Shown here in pieces: positions 1 through 11,260 of a stretch of 64,000 nt of DNA. A model generated the notes under the pieces. That model saw only the letters and a program-made list of their open reading frames with translations, searched no databases and was not told the origin of the DNA. The stretch is from an uncultured Mycobacterium sp. (lineage in GTDB: Bacteria; Actinomycetota; Actinomycetes; Mycobacteriales; Mycobacteriaceae), in assembly GCA_964447215.1 (NCBI GenBank), contig CAYURT010000004.1, forward strand, positions 37,498-101,497. Reading direction: 5' to 3'. Numbering within the stretch: the first letter of the stretch is position 1; the number at the start of each line of letters is the position of its first letter. Position numbers and translations under genes: made by a program.

Positions 1-918
1 ACGACTAACAAGAAGACCCGTGCCGCTACGCCCGTACCGGCGGCCGGCGCCGTGCTCTGGCGGCCGGACGGCTCATCGGCCGACTCCCTGATCGCCGTGA
101 TCCACCGGGCACGGTATGACGACTGGTCCCTTCCCAAGGGGAAAGTCGATCCCGGAGAGACCGAGCCTGTCGCCGCGGTCCGCGAGATCTTCGAGGAGAC
201 CGGGCAGCGCTCCAGCCTCGGCCGGTCTCTGGGCTCGGTGAACTATCCGATTCCGCCCGGCCGCAAGGTCGTCCACTACTGGGCGGCTCGTGGCAGAGGT
301 GGCGACTTCAGCGCCGGCGACGAGGTCGACCAGTTGGTGTGGCTGACGCCGAAAGAAGCCGCGAAGCGGCTGAGCTATCCCACCGACCGCAAAGTGCTGG
401 CCCGCTTCGCCAAGAAGCCCGCCGACACCGCGACCGTCCTGATCGTCCGGCACGGCGCCGCTGGCCGCAGGGCGCGGTACAAGGGCGATGACCGGATGCG
501 GCCGCTGGATGCCAAGGGCCGAGCGCAGGCCGAATCCCTTGTTCCGCAACTGCTGGCATTCGGAGCCACGTCGGTACACGCGGCCGACCGGGTCCGGTGC
601 GCCCAGACCGTCGAACCATTGGCCGGCGATCTCGATGTGCCGATCCGGCTGGAGTCCACCCTGACCGAGGAGGCCTATTCCACCGATCCCGACCGCGCGC
701 ACCGAAGGGTGCTCGCCATCGCCGCGGCCGGCGGGACACCGGTGATCTGCACGCAGGGGAAGGTGATCCCCCCGCTGATCGAGTGGTGGTGCAAACGCGA
801 CGGGGTCAAGCCGGCCAAGTCACGCAACCGTAAGGGCAGCACCTGGGTTCTCTCGCTGGCCGGGGGGAAGGTCATCGCCGCCGATCATCTGCCGAGTCCG
901 CTTGCGGCGCAGCGCTGA
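1..918 (+). CDS. mutT1: Bifunctional NUDIX hydrolase / histidine-phosphatase-domain protein (MutT1-like). Possibly 5'-truncated by the window edge.
   Basis: The frame is open from nt 1, and the ORF track starts at GTG 52. It has a NUDIX box ([22 protein letters not shown]) followed by an RHG phosphatase motif (LIVRHGAAG). It lies next to hupB, as Rv2985 does in M. tuberculosis (from memory). Confidence 0.8.
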   Translation, partial: TTNKKTRAATPVPAAGAVLWRPDGSSADSLIAVIHRARYDDWSLPKGKVDPGETEPVAAVREIFEETGQRSSLGRSLGSVNYPIPPGRKVVHYWAARGRGGDFSAGDEVDQLVWLTPKEAAKRLSYPTDRKVLARFAKKPADTATVLIVRHGAAGRRARYKGDDRMRPLDAKGRAQAESLVPQLLAFGATSVHAADRVRCAQTVEPLAGDLDVPIRLESTLTEEAYSTDPDRAHRRVLAIAAAGGTPVICTQGKVIPPLIEWWCKRDGVKPAKSRNRKGSTWVLSLAGGKVIAADHLPSPLAAQR

Positions 919-924
919 GAACAG

Positions 925-961
925 CACTGCGCCGCGGGTCGCGTGGACCCGCGGCGCAGTG
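925..961. terminator. Putative bidirectional terminator hairpin between the convergent mutT1 and hupB genes
   Basis: A perfect 16-bp inverted repeat (CACTGCGCCGCGGGTC / GACCCGCGGCGCAGTG) with a 5-nt loop sits between the two stop codons. There is no clear U-tract. Confidence 0.55.
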
Positions 962-971
962 GCGAACGGTG

Positions 972-1694
972 CTAGCGGCGGCCCTTCTTGGCCGGAGCCT
1001 TCTTCACGGCGGCCTTCCTGGCCGGAGCCTTCTTGACGACCTTGCGGGCCGGAGCCTTCTTCGCCGGCGCCTTCTTGACGACCTTCTTGACGGCGGCCTT
1101 CTTCACCGGGGCCTTCTTGGCCGGCGCCTTCTTGACGGCGGCCTTCTTGACGGCGGCCTTCTTGACGGCGGACTTCTTGGCCGGCGCCTTCTTGACGACC
1201 TTCTTGACGGCGGCCTTCTTCACCGCGGCCTTCTTGGCCGGCGCCTTCTTCACGACGGCCTTCTTGGCCGGAGCCTTCTTGACGACCTTCTTGGCCGGAG
1301 CCTTCTTCACCGCCTTCTTCACGGCGGCCTTCTTGACGGCTTTCTTCACAGCAGCTTTCCTTACTGCGCCGCCGACGGCGCCTCTCTTGACAGCGGGTCC
1401 TTCTGTCGGAATCTTCTGCGCTCCGGAAACAATCGCCTTGAATTGCGCGCCGGGACGGAACGCCGGCACCAGGGTGGGCTTCACTTTCACTGTCTCGCCG
1501 GTGCGAGGGTTGCGTGCGACGCGGGCCGCGCGGCGGCGTTGTTCGAACACCCCGAACCCGGTGATCGTCACGCTGTCACCCTTTTGGACAGCGCGCACGA
1601 TCGCGTCGACCATGTGCTCGACGGCGTCAGTCGCCTGGCGGCGGTCGGCGTCCATTCGAGTTGTGAGAATCTCGATCAACTCCGCTTTGTTCAT
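972..1694 (-). CDS. hupB: Histone-like DNA-binding protein HU with a Lys/Ala/Pro-rich C-terminal tail (HupB/MDP1 type)
   Basis: The N-terminus matches the HU fold ([11 protein letters not shown]...[26 protein letters not shown]). The C-terminal ~135 aa consist of AKKA/PAKK repeats. A GGAGGA Shine-Dalgarno-like sequence lies upstream. Confidence 0.95.
   Translation of the reverse strand: MNKAELIEILTTRMDADRRQATDAVEHMVDAIVRAVQKGDSVTITGFGVFEQRRRAARVARNPRTGETVKVKPTLVPAFRPGAQFKAIVSGAQKIPTEGPAVKRGAVGGAVRKAAVKKAVKKAAVKKAVKKAPAKKVVKKAPAKKAVVKKAPAKKAAVKKAAVKKVVKKAPAKKSAVKKAAVKKAAVKKAPAKKAPVKKAAVKKVVKKAPAKKAPARKVVKKAPARKAAVKKAPAKKGRR
975..1365 (-). repeat. Coding low-complexity repeat (degenerate AKKAAVKK / PAKKA units) forming the HupB tail
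   Basis: GCCTTCTT / GGCCTTCTTGACG-type motifs recur many times on the plus strand. They translate to (A/P/V)KKA units on the minus strand. Confidence 0.8.
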
Positions 1695-1868
1695 TCACAT
1701 CCTCCGAAACAGTGGTCCGCTCTGGACCGACTGCGCAATACGGTAAACCCTGGACGAGCAGATATCCATGAGCCACGCACGGTTTCAGCAGGAAGCTTTG
1801 GGCCGCGATTGCCCTTCCCGGGGCCGCGATTCCGGGCCCACGAGCCCCCGAAGAGGCTCCAGAAACCC

Positions 1869-2465
1869 TCAGGCGCGCTGCGGAATGGCGGGTTTCCAGC
1901 TCGGACGGTGCGCCTCGAAAGCCTCGATTTCAGGGAGTTTCCGCAGCGTAAGGCCTATATCGTCGAGTCCTTCGAGAAGCCGCCAGGCGGTGTAGTCGTC
2001 AATCGTGAACGGCAGCACCACCGTTGCGGCCGTGATCGTCCGATCTTCAAGGTCGACAGTGATTTCCAGACCGGGATTCTGCTCGATCAGCTTCCACAGC
2101 AGTTCGACGTCGTCCTGGGTGACCTCGGCCGCGAGCAGTCCCGCCTTTCCGGCGTTGCCGCGGAAGATGTCGGCGAACCGGGATGAGATCACCACGCGGA
2201 AGCCGTAGTCCATCAACGCCCACACCGCGTGCTCGCGGGACGAGCCCGTCCCGAAGTCCGGGCCCGCAACCAATACCGAACCCCGGTCGAAAGGACTCTG
2301 GTTGAGGATGAACGACGGGTCCGCACGCCAGGCCGCGAAAAGCCCGTCCTCGAAACCTGTTCGGGAGACGCGTTTGAGGTAGACCGCGGGGATGATCTGG
2401 TCGGTGTCGACATTGGAGCGTCGCAGCGGCACCCCGATCCCGGTATGAGTGCGGAAGGCTTCCAT
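1869..2465 (-). CDS. leuD: 3-isopropylmalate dehydratase small subunit
   Basis: The N-terminus [33 protein letters not shown] is typical of LeuD. The gene lies directly downstream of leuC. Confidence 0.95.
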   Translation of the reverse strand: MEAFRTHTGIGVPLRRSNVDTDQIIPAVYLKRVSRTGFEDGLFAAWRADPSFILNQSPFDRGSVLVAGPDFGTGSSREHAVWALMDYGFRVVISSRFADIFRGNAGKAGLLAAEVTQDDVELLWKLIEQNPGLEITVDLEDRTITAATVVLPFTIDDYTAWRLLEGLDDIGLTLRKLPEIEAFEAHRPSWKPAIPQRA

Positions 2466-2480
2466 GTTTCGGTTTTCCTC

Positions 2481-3914
2481 TCAGCCGTCGAGATCCGCCG
2501 GGGAACTGAGCCGGCCACGGATCGCGGTCGCCGCGGCCACCGCCGGTGACACCAGATGGGTGCGTCCGCCCTTGCCCTGGCGACCTTCGAAGTTGCGGTT
2601 GGACGTCGACGCGCACCGTTCGCCCGGCGCGAGCTGGTCGGGGTTCATACCGAGGCACATCGAGCACCCGGCCTGACGCCATTCAGCACCGGCCGCGGTG
2701 AAGACCTCACCGAGCCCCTCGGCCTCGGCCTGCTCGCGCACCCGCATCGACCCCGGAACGATCAGCATCCGAACCCCGTCGGCGATCCGCCGTCCGCGCA
2801 GCACCTCGGCGACCGCGCGCAGATCCTCGATGCGGCCGTTGGTGCAGGAGCCTACGAACACCGCGTCGACGACGATATCGCGCATCGGGGTTCCGGGGCG
2901 AAGATCCATGTAGGCCAACGCCTTCTCGGCGGCCTGACGCTCGGCGTCGTCGACCATGAGCTCGGGGTCGGGTACCGACTCGGCCAGCCCGACGCCCTGG
3001 CCCGGATTGGTGCCCCATGTCACGAAGGGACTCAGTCCGGCGGCGTCGATGTAGATCTCGGTGTCGAATTCGGCTCCGTCGTCGGTGCGCAGCCCGTCCC
3101 AGGCCGCGACGGCTTGCTCCCATTGCGCACCCGCCGGCGCGTACGGACGGCCGCGCAGGTAGTCATAGGTGGTCTGATCGGGTGCCACCATTCCGGCGCG
3201 GGCCCCGGCCTCGATGCTCATGTTGCAGATCGTCATCCGGCCCTCCATCGACAGCGCCTCGATGGTGCTGCCGCGGTACTCGATGACGTGCCCCTGCCCT
3301 CCTCCGGTGCCGATCTTGGCGATCACCGCCAGGATGATGTCCTTGGCGGTGACCCCGTCGGGCAGTTGACCGTCGACGTTGACCGCCATGGTCTTGAAGG
3401 GCCGCAACGGCAGGGTCTGGGTGGCCAGCACGTGTTCCACCTCGGAGGTTCCGATGCCCATCGCCAGCGCACCGAACGCGCCGTGCGTGGAGGTGTGGCT
3501 GTCACCGCAGACGATCGTCATCCCCGGTTGGGTCAGCCCGAGTTGGGGTCCCATCACGTGCACGATGCCCTGCTCCGGGTCGCCCATCGAGTGCAGCGTG
3601 ATCCCGAACTCGGCGCAGTTGCGCCGCAACGTCTCCACCTGGGTGCGCGACACCGGGTCGGCGATCGGCCGGTCGATGTCGACGGTCGGCACGTTGTGGT
3701 CCTCGGTGGCCAGGGTCAGGTCCGGCCGCCGCACCGTACGTCCGGCCAGTCGCAGGCCCTCGAAGGCCTGCGGGCTGGTCACCTCGTGGATGAGGTGCAG
3801 GTCGATGTAGATCAGGTCGGGTTCACGCGCCGCGCCCTGCCCGGCGCCGGCGACCACGACGTGATCCGCCCACACCTTCTCGGGGAGGGTTCGGGGCTGC
3901 TGGGTGTCGGCCAT
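2481..3914 (-). CDS. leuC: 3-isopropylmalate dehydratase large subunit
   Basis: The start is ATG at 3914 ([20 protein letters not shown]...), giving 477 aa. Aconitase-family motifs are present ([36 protein letters not shown]). The longer ORF-track extension to 5186 is antisense to other genes. Confidence 0.95.
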   Translation of the reverse strand: MADTQQPRTLPEKVWADHVVVAGAGQGAAREPDLIYIDLHLIHEVTSPQAFEGLRLAGRTVRRPDLTLATEDHNVPTVDIDRPIADPVSRTQVETLRRNCAEFGITLHSMGDPEQGIVHVMGPQLGLTQPGMTIVCGDSHTSTHGAFGALAMGIGTSEVEHVLATQTLPLRPFKTMAVNVDGQLPDGVTAKDIILAVIAKIGTGGGQGHVIEYRGSTIEALSMEGRMTICNMSIEAGARAGMVAPDQTTYDYLRGRPYAPAGAQWEQAVAAWDGLRTDDGAEFDTEIYIDAAGLSPFVTWGTNPGQGVGLAESVPDPELMVDDAERQAAEKALAYMDLRPGTPMRDIVVDAVFVGSCTNGRIEDLRAVAEVLRGRRIADGVRMLIVPGSMRVREQAEAEGLGEVFTAAGAEWRQAGCSMCLGMNPDQLAPGERCASTSNRNFEGRQGKGGRTHLVSPAVAAATAIRGRLSSPADLDG

Positions 3915-3953
3915 ATCGCTGTTTCTCACATCGTGGGAAGTTAGTATCTGGAT

Positions 3954-4661
3954 GTGGGACAGGATAGCGGCATCGGGGTACTGGACAAAGCCGTGGTCGT
4001 GTTGCACGCGGTGGCGGCATCGCCGTGCGCCCTCGCTGAACTGTGCGTGCGTACCGGCCTGCCGCGCGCGACCGCGCACCGGTTGGCCACCGGGCTGGAA
4101 GCCCATCGCCTGCTGGCCAGGGACGCCGACGGCCGCTGGCTGCCCGGCCCGGCGCTTGGCGAGCTCTCCGCCGCGGCCGCCGACCCGCTGCTGGCCGCGG
4201 GCGCGGCGGTGCTGCCCGGGCTGCGCGAGACCACCGGCGAGAGCGTCCAGATCTATCGGCGGGAGGGCACCACCCGAGTCTGCGTGGCCGCTCTGGAACC
4301 TCCTGCGGGACTGCGCGACACCGTGCCGGTCGGAGCGCGGCTGCCGATGACGGCCGGCTCGGCGGCCCGGGTCCTGCTGGCCTACAGCGACCCCGCCACC
4401 GTCCGGAGAGTGCTGGACTCGGCGGCCTTCACCGAACGCACGCTGGCCGAGGTCCGCCGCCGGGGCTGGGCACAGAGCGTCGCCGAACGCGAGCCGGGTG
4501 TGGCCAGTGTCTCGGCTCCGGTCCGTGACCGCCACGGATCCGTCGTCGCCGCGGTGTCGGTCTCCGGTCCGGTCGACCGGATCGGCCGGCGGCCCGGATC
4601 GCGCTGGGCCGCCGACCTGCTGACCGCCGCGGCGGACCTGACGGAACGCCTGACAGACTGA
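3954..4661 (+). CDS. ltbR: IclR-family transcriptional regulator divergent from leuCD
   Basis: It has an N-terminal wHTH ([42 protein letters not shown]) and an IclR effector domain. The symbol is given by positional analogy to the Corynebacterium LtbR / Rv2989 arrangement. Confidence 0.8.
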   Translation: MGQDSGIGVLDKAVVVLHAVAASPCALAELCVRTGLPRATAHRLATGLEAHRLLARDADGRWLPGPALGELSAAAADPLLAAGAAVLPGLRETTGESVQIYRREGTTRVCVAALEPPAGLRDTVPVGARLPMTAGSAARVLLAYSDPATVRRVLDSAAFTERTLAEVRRRGWAQSVAEREPGVASVSAPVRDRHGSVVAAVSVSGPVDRIGRRPGSRWAADLLTAAADLTERLTD

Positions 4662-4667
4662 GCCATC

Positions 4668-5171
4668 ATGGGAGCCAATCAGCGCCGCCAGATCGTCATG
4701 ACCGAACCGGAGATCGCCGATTTCGTGGCCCGCAGCCGCACCGGCACCATGGCCACCGTCGGGCCCGGGGGCCAGCCGCACCTGGTGGCGATGTGGTACG
4801 GCATCGTCGATGGCGACATCTGGGTGGAAACCAAGGTGAAGTCGCAGAAGGTGGTCAACCTGCGCCGCAATCCCCGGGTGAGCTTTCTGATCGAGGACGG
4901 CATGACCTATGACACCCTGCGCGGGGTCTCCTTCGAGGGAACGGCCGAGATCAGCGACGACCCCGACACCATCTTCGCCGTCGGTGTCAGCGTCTGGGAG
5001 CGCTACAACGGCCCCTACACCGAGGATCTGCGGCCCGCGGTGGACATGATGATGAACAAGCGCGTCGCCGTGCGCATCACCCCGCAGCGGGTGCGGTCCT
5101 GGGATCACTCCAAACTCGGCCTGCCGGCGATGCCGGTCGCCGGTTCGACGGCGCCGGTCTCCCCGCGGTGA
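4668..5171 (+). CDS. Pyridoxamine 5'-phosphate oxidase family (PPOX class, probably F420-dependent) protein
   Basis: The pattern [23 protein letters not shown]...[13 protein letters not shown] is typical of the split-barrel PPOX family. Its position matches Rv2991. Confidence 0.75.
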   Translation: MGANQRRQIVMTEPEIADFVARSRTGTMATVGPGGQPHLVAMWYGIVDGDIWVETKVKSQKVVNLRRNPRVSFLIEDGMTYDTLRGVSFEGTAEISDDPDTIFAVGVSVWERYNGPYTEDLRPAVDMMMNKRVAVRITPQRVRSWDHSKLGLPAMPVAGSTAPVSPR

Positions 5172-5950
5172 ACTCCGGCAGCGCATCGGGGCCCGCCCCG
5201 AGCCTGCGGGGCCGGTGCGCGATCGTCACCGGCGCCAGCGCCGGAATCGGACTGTCCACCGCGAGCCGGCTTGCCGCCGCCGGTGCCGACGTGGTCGTCA
5301 ACGCCCGCGATTCGGTGCGACTGGAGCGGGCGGTTGACCGCATCGCGGATCACAGCCCGGCCCGTGTCACCGGTGTCGCCGGCGATGCCGCGGCGGCGGA
5401 GACCATCGCCGAACTGACCGCGCGGGCTCGCCGATGGGGCGGAGCGTCGATCGCGGTGGCCAACGCCGGCGGCGGGCTGCCCAGAGGAGAGGTGACCGAG
5501 GGGGACGCCGCACTGCTGTGGCGCAGCAACGTCTGGAGCGCGCAGGCGCTGATCGCGGCGGTCGGCCCCGACATGGCCCGGCAGGGCTGGGGACGGATCG
5601 TCACGGTGTCCAGCCTGGCGGGCCGCTATTGCAGCCCCACGTCGACTCCGCTCTACGCCGCCGCCAAGGCGGGGGTGATTGCCCTGACCCGTTGTGCCGC
5701 GATAGATCTCGCCCCGCACGGAGTCACGGTCAACAGCGTCGCCCCCGGGGTCACCGCGACCGACCGAATCGTCAACCGGCTCGCCGGGATGCCCCCGGAC
5801 GAGGTGGCCGCCATCGAAGCCCAAGTCCCGGTTGGACGATGGACCGACCCCGACGAGGTGGCCGCGGCCATCGCTTTTCTGTGCTCCCCGCAAGCCGGCT
5901 CCATCACCGGACACACCCTGGACGTCAATGGCGGCGCCTGGATGAACTGA
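5168..5950 (+). CDS. Short-chain dehydrogenase/reductase (SDR)
   Basis: It has the TGxxxGIG cofactor motif ([13 protein letters not shown]) and a YxxxK catalytic motif (YAAAKAGV). Its GTG start overlaps the upstream stop (GTGA). Confidence 0.85.
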   Translation: MNSGSASGPAPSLRGRCAIVTGASAGIGLSTASRLAAAGADVVVNARDSVRLERAVDRIADHSPARVTGVAGDAAAAETIAELTARARRWGGASIAVANAGGGLPRGEVTEGDAALLWRSNVWSAQALIAAVGPDMARQGWGRIVTVSSLAGRYCSPTSTPLYAAAKAGVIALTRCAAIDLAPHGVTVNSVAPGVTATDRIVNRLAGMPPDEVAAIEAQVPVGRWTDPDEVAAAIAFLCSPQAGSITGHTLDVNGGAWMN

Positions 5951-5985
5951 GGCGAGCTGAAAAGCCCTGCCGACGGTCCGGAAAG

Positions 5986-6058
5986 TACCCCCGATGGGAT
6001 TCGAACCCACGCTACCGCCGTGAGAGGGCGGCGTCCTAGGCCGCTAGACGACGGGGGC
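5986..6058 (-). tRNA. tRNA-Glu (anticodon CUC)
   Basis: The reverse complement GCCCCCGTCGTCTAGCGGCCTAGGACGCCGCCCTCTCACGGCGGTAGCGTGGGTTCGAATCCCATCGGGGGTA folds as a cloverleaf with a GTTCGAATC T-loop and a CT-CTC-AC anticodon loop. No CCA end is encoded. Confidence 0.9.
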
Positions 6059-6111
6059 TAGAACAGATCCGGTGAGCCAGCATAGCTGACCCTCCGCAGC
6101 CGGCATAACTG

Positions 6112-6183
6112 CTGGGGTACCAGGACTCGAACCTAGAATGGCTGAACCAGAATCAGCTGTGTTGCCAATTACACCATACCCCA
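6112..6183 (-). tRNA. tRNA-Gln (anticodon CUG)
   Basis: The reverse complement is TGGGGTATGGTGTAATTGGCAACACAGCTGATTCTGGTTCAGCCATTCTAGGTTCGAGTCCTGGTACCCCAG. It has a 7-bp acceptor stem, an anticodon stem GCTGA/TCAGC with loop TTCTGGT, and a GTTCGAGTC T-loop. Confidence 0.9.
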
Positions 6184-6274
6184 TCGGGCCTATAACAGCT
6201 GGTCAAACACCCTTTCGCCGGTGGACCGGGCGGGCCGGGCGGCCAGTGTTCGCTGTTGCGGGCCGACGAGCAGA

Positions 6275-7747
6275 CTACCAAAGGTTACGCTCGGCGCCGC
6301 CTCGGGCTTCCCGCAGCCGGCCCAGGCAGCGCTCGCGGCCGAGCAGTTCCATCGACTCGAACAGCGGTGGGCTGACCGTGGCTCCGGTCACCGCCACCCG
6401 GACCGGCCCGAAGGCCTTGCGCGGCTTGAGTCCGAGCCCGTCGACGAGGACGTCTTTCAGGGCCTGCTCGATATCGGGCGCGGTCCATTGCCCGAGGCCG
6501 TCGAGCGCGCCGAGGGCCGAGTCGAGCACCGGCACCGCCTCCGGCCGCAGTTCCTTGGCGGCAGCCTTGGGGTCGATGAAGTAGGCCTCGTCGTTGAGGA
6601 ACCGCAACAGGTCCCAGGCCTCGGAGAGCACCACCACGCGGGTCTGCACCAGTTCGGCGGCGGCCGCGAACCCCGCGTCGTCCAGACCGGTGTCATGGCC
6701 CCGTTCGGCGAAGAATGTCCGCAGCCGGGCCGCGAACTCGGCGGGTTCCAGGGCACGGATGTGCTCGGCGTTGATGGCGTCGGCCTTCTTCTGGTCGAAC
6801 CGGGCCGGGTTGGAGTTGACGTCGACGACGTCGAAGGTCTCGACCATCTCCGGCAGCGAGAAGACGTCCCGGTCCGGCGCGATCGACCAGCCCAGCAGCG
6901 CCAGGTAGTTCAGCAGCCCTTCGGGTAGGAATCCCCGGTCGCGGTGCACGAAGAGGTTCGACTGCGGGTCGCGTTTCGACAGCTTCTTGGTGCCCTCACC
7001 GAGCACGGTGGGCAGGTGCGCGTAGTCCGGGACGGCCTCCCCCACCCCGACGCCGATCAGCGCGCGGTGCAGGGCGATCTGCCGGGGTGTCGAGGGCAGC
7101 AGATCCTCACCGCGCAGTACGTGGGTGATTCCCATCAGCGCGTCGTCGACCGGGTTGACCAGCGTGTACAACGGATCGCCGGTGGCCCGGGTCAGCGCGA
7201 AATCCGGCACCGTGCCCGCGGCGAAGGTGGTCTCACCACGCACCAGGTCGTGCCAGCTGATGTCCTCGTCGGGCATCCGCAGCCGCAGCACCGGACGGCG
7301 GCCCTCGGCCTCGTAGCCGGCGCGCTGTTCGGCGGTGAGGTCGCGGTCGTAGTTGTCATAGCCCAGCTTCGGGTTGCGCCCGGCCGCCAGATGCCGGGCC
7401 TCGACCTCCTCGGGAGTCGAGTAGGCCGGGTAGGCCGCCCCGGACTCCACCAGCCGGGCGACCACGTCGCGGTAGATCTCGCCGCGCTGGGACTGCCGGT
7501 AGGGCTCGTGCGGCCCGCCGATCTCGGGACCCTCGTCCCAGTCCAGGCCCAGCCAGCGCAACGCCTCCAGGATCGCGGCGTAACTCTCCTCCGAATCCCG
7601 CGCGGCGTCGGTGTCCTCGATCCGGAACACGAACGTGCCGCCGGTGTGGCGGGCATAGGCCCAGTTGAACAGCGCGGTCCGCACCAGGCCGACGTGGGGG
7701 GTGCCGGTCGGTGAGGGGCAGAACCGTACGCGCACCGGCCGGGTCAT
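6275..7747 (-). CDS. gltX: Glutamyl-tRNA synthetase
   Basis: The start is ATG at 7747 ([32 protein letters not shown]...), giving 490 aa. It has the HVG (HIGH-type) motif and the KLSKR (KMSKS-type) motif. Confidence 0.95.
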   Translation of the reverse strand: MTRPVRVRFCPSPTGTPHVGLVRTALFNWAYARHTGGTFVFRIEDTDAARDSEESYAAILEALRWLGLDWDEGPEIGGPHEPYRQSQRGEIYRDVVARLVESGAAYPAYSTPEEVEARHLAAGRNPKLGYDNYDRDLTAEQRAGYEAEGRRPVLRLRMPDEDISWHDLVRGETTFAAGTVPDFALTRATGDPLYTLVNPVDDALMGITHVLRGEDLLPSTPRQIALHRALIGVGVGEAVPDYAHLPTVLGEGTKKLSKRDPQSNLFVHRDRGFLPEGLLNYLALLGWSIAPDRDVFSLPEMVETFDVVDVNSNPARFDQKKADAINAEHIRALEPAEFAARLRTFFAERGHDTGLDDAGFAAAAELVQTRVVVLSEAWDLLRFLNDEAYFIDPKAAAKELRPEAVPVLDSALGALDGLGQWTAPDIEQALKDVLVDGLGLKPRKAFGPVRVAVTGATVSPPLFESMELLGRERCLGRLREARGGAERNLW

Positions 7748-8523
7748 CGTGGTCCTTTCCGAACGACGGGGTTGCTCAGGGTCCCGATGCCCTCGATGGT
7801 GACGCTGACGGTGTCGCCGTCCTCCAGCGGCCCCACCCCGGCCGGGGTGCCGGTGAGGATCACATCGCCGGGCAGCAGTGTCATCACCGCGGAGACCCAC
7901 TCGATGATGGCCCCGACGTCGTGGATCATCAGGGATGTGCGGCTGCGCTGGCGCACCTCGCCGTTGACCTCGGTGCGGATCTCCAGATCCGAGGGATCCA
8001 GGTCGGTGACGATCCACGGACCCAGCGGGCAGAACGTGTCGTGCCCCTTGGCCCGGGTCCACTGGCCGTCGGCGCGCTGCTGGTCGCGGGCGGAGACGTC
8101 GTTGCCGATGGTGTAGCCCAGGACGACTCCGGCGGCGGCGCCGGCCCGGACGTCCTTGCAGGGCCGCCCGATGACGACGGCCAGTTCTCCCTCGTGGTGG
8201 ACCGGGGAGGCGTTGGCGGGCAGCTGGATCGGGACGTCCGGGCCGATGATGGCGGTGTTGGGTTTGAGGAAGATGACCGGTTCCTCCGGAGCCTCCCCGC
8301 CCATCTCCTCGATGTGCTCGACGTAGTTCTTGCCCATGCACACCACTTTGGAGGCCAGGATCGGGGCCAGCAGCCGCACGTCGTCGAGCGGCCAGGACCT
8401 CCCCGTGAAGGTGGGGGTGCCGAAGGGGTGCTCGGCGATCTCGCGGACGGTCGCGTCCGGGCCGTCGCCCTCGATACTTACGAAGGCCACCCCGTCGGGG
8501 CTGGCGATACGACCCAGGCGCAT
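7744..8523 (-). CDS. Fumarylacetoacetate hydrolase (FAH) family protein
   Basis: The pattern [17 protein letters not shown]...[14 protein letters not shown]...GELAVVIG...[13 protein letters not shown] is typical of the FAH fold. Its stop overlaps the gltX start (ATGA). Confidence 0.85.
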   Translation of the reverse strand: MRLGRIASPDGVAFVSIEGDGPDATVREIAEHPFGTPTFTGRSWPLDDVRLLAPILASKVVCMGKNYVEHIEEMGGEAPEEPVIFLKPNTAIIGPDVPIQLPANASPVHHEGELAVVIGRPCKDVRAGAAAGVVLGYTIGNDVSARDQQRADGQWTRAKGHDTFCPLGPWIVTDLDPSDLEIRTEVNGEVRQRSRTSLMIHDVGAIIEWVSAVMTLLPGDVILTGTPAGVGPLEDGDTVSVTIEGIGTLSNPVVRKGPR

Positions 8524-8622
8524 TCGTGACAGCCTAAGGTGTCCGGCGCACGGCCCGGCAAGCGACAGTGCGCGGAGCGCACGCGGCGGCGGCGCGTCGG
8601 TGTGCCGACACGCACGCCCGCC

Positions 8623-9636
8623 TTACAGCCGCTCCCGGATGCGCTCCCCGACCTCGCGGGTGGACAGCGTCGCGCCGCCGCGGGTGGCCAGGTGGTCGGC
8701 GACGGCCTTGTCCACCCGAGCGGCCGCGGCCTCCTCGCCGAGGTGGTTCAGCAGCAGCGCCACGCTCATCACCGCCGCGGTGGGGTCGGCGGCGCCGGTG
8801 CCGGCGATGTCGGGGGCGCTGCCGTGCACGGGTTCGAACATCGACGGATTGGTCCGGGTGGCGTCGATGTTGCCGCTGGCGGCCAGGCCGATGCCGCCGG
8901 ACACCGCGGCGGCGAGGTCGGTGATGATGTCGCCGAACAGGTTGTCGGTGACGATGACGTCGAAGCGCCCGGGGTCGGTGACCATGAAGATGGTGGCTGC
9001 GTCGATGTGCTGGTAGGCCACCTCGACGCCGGGATACTCCGCACCGATCTCGGCGACGGTGCGCGACCAGAGGTTCCCGGCGAAGCTCAGCACGTTGGTC
9101 TTGTGCACCAGGGTCAGGTGCCGGCGCCGCCGGGCCGCGAGATCGAAGGCGTAGCGCACCACCCGGGCCACCCCGAAGGCGGTGTTGAGGCTGACCTCGG
9201 TGGCCACCTCGTGCGGGGTGCCGGTACGGATCGACCCGCCGGTGCCGGTGTAGGGGCCCTCGGTGCCCTCCCGGACGACGACAAAGTCGATCTCCGGCGT
9301 CCCGGCCAGCGGGCCGGTGACCCCGTCGTAGAGCCGGCTGGGCCGCAGGTTGACGTGGTGGTCAAGGGCGAAGCGGATCTTGAGCAGCAGGCCGCGTTCC
9401 AGCAGCCCGGGCGGCACCGACGGGTCCCCGATGGCGCCGAGCAGGATCGCGTCGTGACCGCGCAGCTCGTCGATCACGCTGTCCGGCAGCACCTCTCCGG
9501 TGGCGTGGTAGCGGCGGGCCCCGAGGTCGTAGTCGGTCTTCTGCACCCCGGGCAGGACGGCGTCGAGGACCCCGAGGGCCTCGCCGACGACCTCCGGGCC
9601 GATCCCGTCGCCGGGGATCACCGCGAGTTTCGTCAC
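8623..9636 (-). CDS. leuB: 3-isopropylmalate dehydrogenase
   Basis: The GTG start at 9636 overlaps the serA stop (GTGA). [17 protein letters not shown] and [12 protein letters not shown] are the isocitrate/isopropylmalate dehydrogenase signature. Length is 337 aa. Confidence 0.95.
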   Translation of the reverse strand: MTKLAVIPGDGIGPEVVGEALGVLDAVLPGVQKTDYDLGARRYHATGEVLPDSVIDELRGHDAILLGAIGDPSVPPGLLERGLLLKIRFALDHHVNLRPSRLYDGVTGPLAGTPEIDFVVVREGTEGPYTGTGGSIRTGTPHEVATEVSLNTAFGVARVVRYAFDLAARRRRHLTLVHKTNVLSFAGNLWSRTVAEIGAEYPGVEVAYQHIDAATIFMVTDPGRFDVIVTDNLFGDIITDLAAAVSGGIGLAASGNIDATRTNPSMFEPVHGSAPDIAGTGAADPTAAVMSVALLLNHLGEEAAAARVDKAVADHLATRGGATLSTREVGERIRERL

Positions 9637-11219
9637 GACAGGTCGACCACTTCCACGGTGGTGGCCCCGACGGCCTCGCGGATCGCGGCCTGCAGCTCGG
9701 CCGGCACGTCGCGGTCCACCCGCAGCATCACCGTGGCGCCGCCGCCGGTGGAGTCCTGGCTCATCTGGGCGGCCTCGATGTTGACCCCCGCCGCCCCGAG
9801 CAGGGTGCCGATCTTGCCCAGCGCACCGGGCTGGTCGCTGTAGTGCAGGATCAGGTTCATCCCCTCGGCGCGCAGGTCGAAGCTGCGGCCGTTGATCTGC
9901 ACCACCTTCTGCACCTGCTGGGGACCCGACAGGGTGCCCGAGACGTTGACCGCCGAGCCGTCCGGTGCCACCACCCGCACGTCGACCAGGCTGCGGTGGT
10001 TCGGGCTTTCGGTCCGGGTGCTCAGTTCGGTGTCCAGGCCGCGCTCGGCGGCCAGCGCCGGGGCGTTGACGAAGGTCACCTGCTGGTCGGTCATGGTGGA
10101 GAACAACCCGCGCAGCGCCGAGAGCTTGAGCACCTCGACGTCCTCGGCGGCGAGTTCCCCGCTGACCTGCACCGAAAGCCCTTCGGGCGGTTCGGTCACC
10201 AGGGCCCCGCCCAGCACGCCGAGCTTGCGCACCAGGTCCAGCCACGGCGAGACCTCCTCGCTGACCGCTCCGGCGCCGACGTTGACCGCGTCGGGCACGA
10301 ACTCCCCGGCCAGCGCGAGCTTGACGCTCTCGGCGACGTCGGTGCCGGCCCGGTCCTGGGCCTCGGTGGTCGACGCGCCCAGGTGCGGGGTCACCACCAC
10401 CTGGGGCAGCTCGAACAGCGGGCTGTCGGTGCAGGGTTCGGAGGCGAACACGTCCAGCCCGGCGCCGCGGACGTGGCCGCTGGTGATCGCGTCGGCCAGC
10501 GCCTGCTCGTCGATGAGACCGCCGCGGGCGGCGTTGACGATGATCACTCCGGGCTTGGTCTTGGCCAGCGCCTCCTTGCCCAGCAGTCCGGCGGTCTCCT
10601 TGGTCTTGGGCAGGTGCACCGAGATGAAGTCGGCGCGGGCCAGCACATCGTCCAGCGGCAGCAGTTCGATACCCAGCTGGGCGGCGCGGGCGGGCGGGAC
10701 GTAGGGGTCGTAGGCGATCACGTGGGCGCCGAACCCGGCCAGCCGCTGGGCCACCAGCTGGCCGATGCGGCCCAGTCCGACCACCCCCGCGGTCTTGCCG
10801 TAGATCTCGGTGCCGTTGAACGACGACCGCTTCCAGGTGTGCTCACGCAGCGTGGTGTCAGCGGCCGGGATCTGGCGGGCGGCGGACAGCAGCAGCGCCA
10901 TCGCGTGCTCGGCGGCGCTGTGGATGTTCGAGGTCGGGGCGTTGACCACCAGCACCCCGGCGGCGGTGGCGGCGTCGACGTCGACGTTGTCCAGCCCGAC
11001 CCCGGCGCGGGCGATGATCTTCAGTTTCGGCGCGGCGGCGATCACCTCGGCGTCGACGGTGGTGGCCGAGCGCACCAGCAGGGCGTCGGCGTCGGCGACG
11101 GCCTCGAGCAGCTTGGGACGGTCGGGGCCGTCGACCCAGCGGACCTCCACCTGGTCGCCGAGGGCGGCGACGGTCGATTCGGCGAGTTTGTCGGCGATCA
11201 GCACAACGGGAAGATTCAC
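9633..11219 (-). CDS. serA: D-3-phosphoglycerate dehydrogenase (long form with ASB and ACT domains)
   Basis: It has the NAD-binding motif [13 protein letters not shown], the D-2-hydroxyacid dehydrogenase signature, and a C-terminal ACT-like region. Length is 528 aa. Confidence 0.95.
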   Translation of the reverse strand: MNLPVVLIADKLAESTVAALGDQVEVRWVDGPDRPKLLEAVADADALLVRSATTVDAEVIAAAPKLKIIARAGVGLDNVDVDAATAAGVLVVNAPTSNIHSAAEHAMALLLSAARQIPAADTTLREHTWKRSSFNGTEIYGKTAGVVGLGRIGQLVAQRLAGFGAHVIAYDPYVPPARAAQLGIELLPLDDVLARADFISVHLPKTKETAGLLGKEALAKTKPGVIIVNAARGGLIDEQALADAITSGHVRGAGLDVFASEPCTDSPLFELPQVVVTPHLGASTTEAQDRAGTDVAESVKLALAGEFVPDAVNVGAGAVSEEVSPWLDLVRKLGVLGGALVTEPPEGLSVQVSGELAAEDVEVLKLSALRGLFSTMTDQQVTFVNAPALAAERGLDTELSTRTESPNHRSLVDVRVVAPDGSAVNVSGTLSGPQQVQKVVQINGRSFDLRAEGMNLILHYSDQPGALGKIGTLLGAAGVNIEAAQMSQDSTGGGATVMLRVDRDVPAELQAAIREAVGATTVEVVDLS

Positions 11220-11260
11220 GCGGACAGCCTAAAGGCTTGCCGATGGGGTCTAATCAGCCC

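Noticed and set aside
972-1365. Highly repetitive DNA that could be mistaken for a CRISPR array or a non-coding minisatellite.
   Set aside because: The repeats are short, degenerate, contiguous and without spacers. They are in frame within hupB and encode the known Lys/Ala tail.
3915-5186. An N-terminal extension of the leuC ORF that gives a 901-aa protein.
   Set aside because: The extension is antisense to the IclR and PPOX genes and has junk-like composition. The LeuC homology starts exactly at ATG 3914, which gives the expected ~477 aa.
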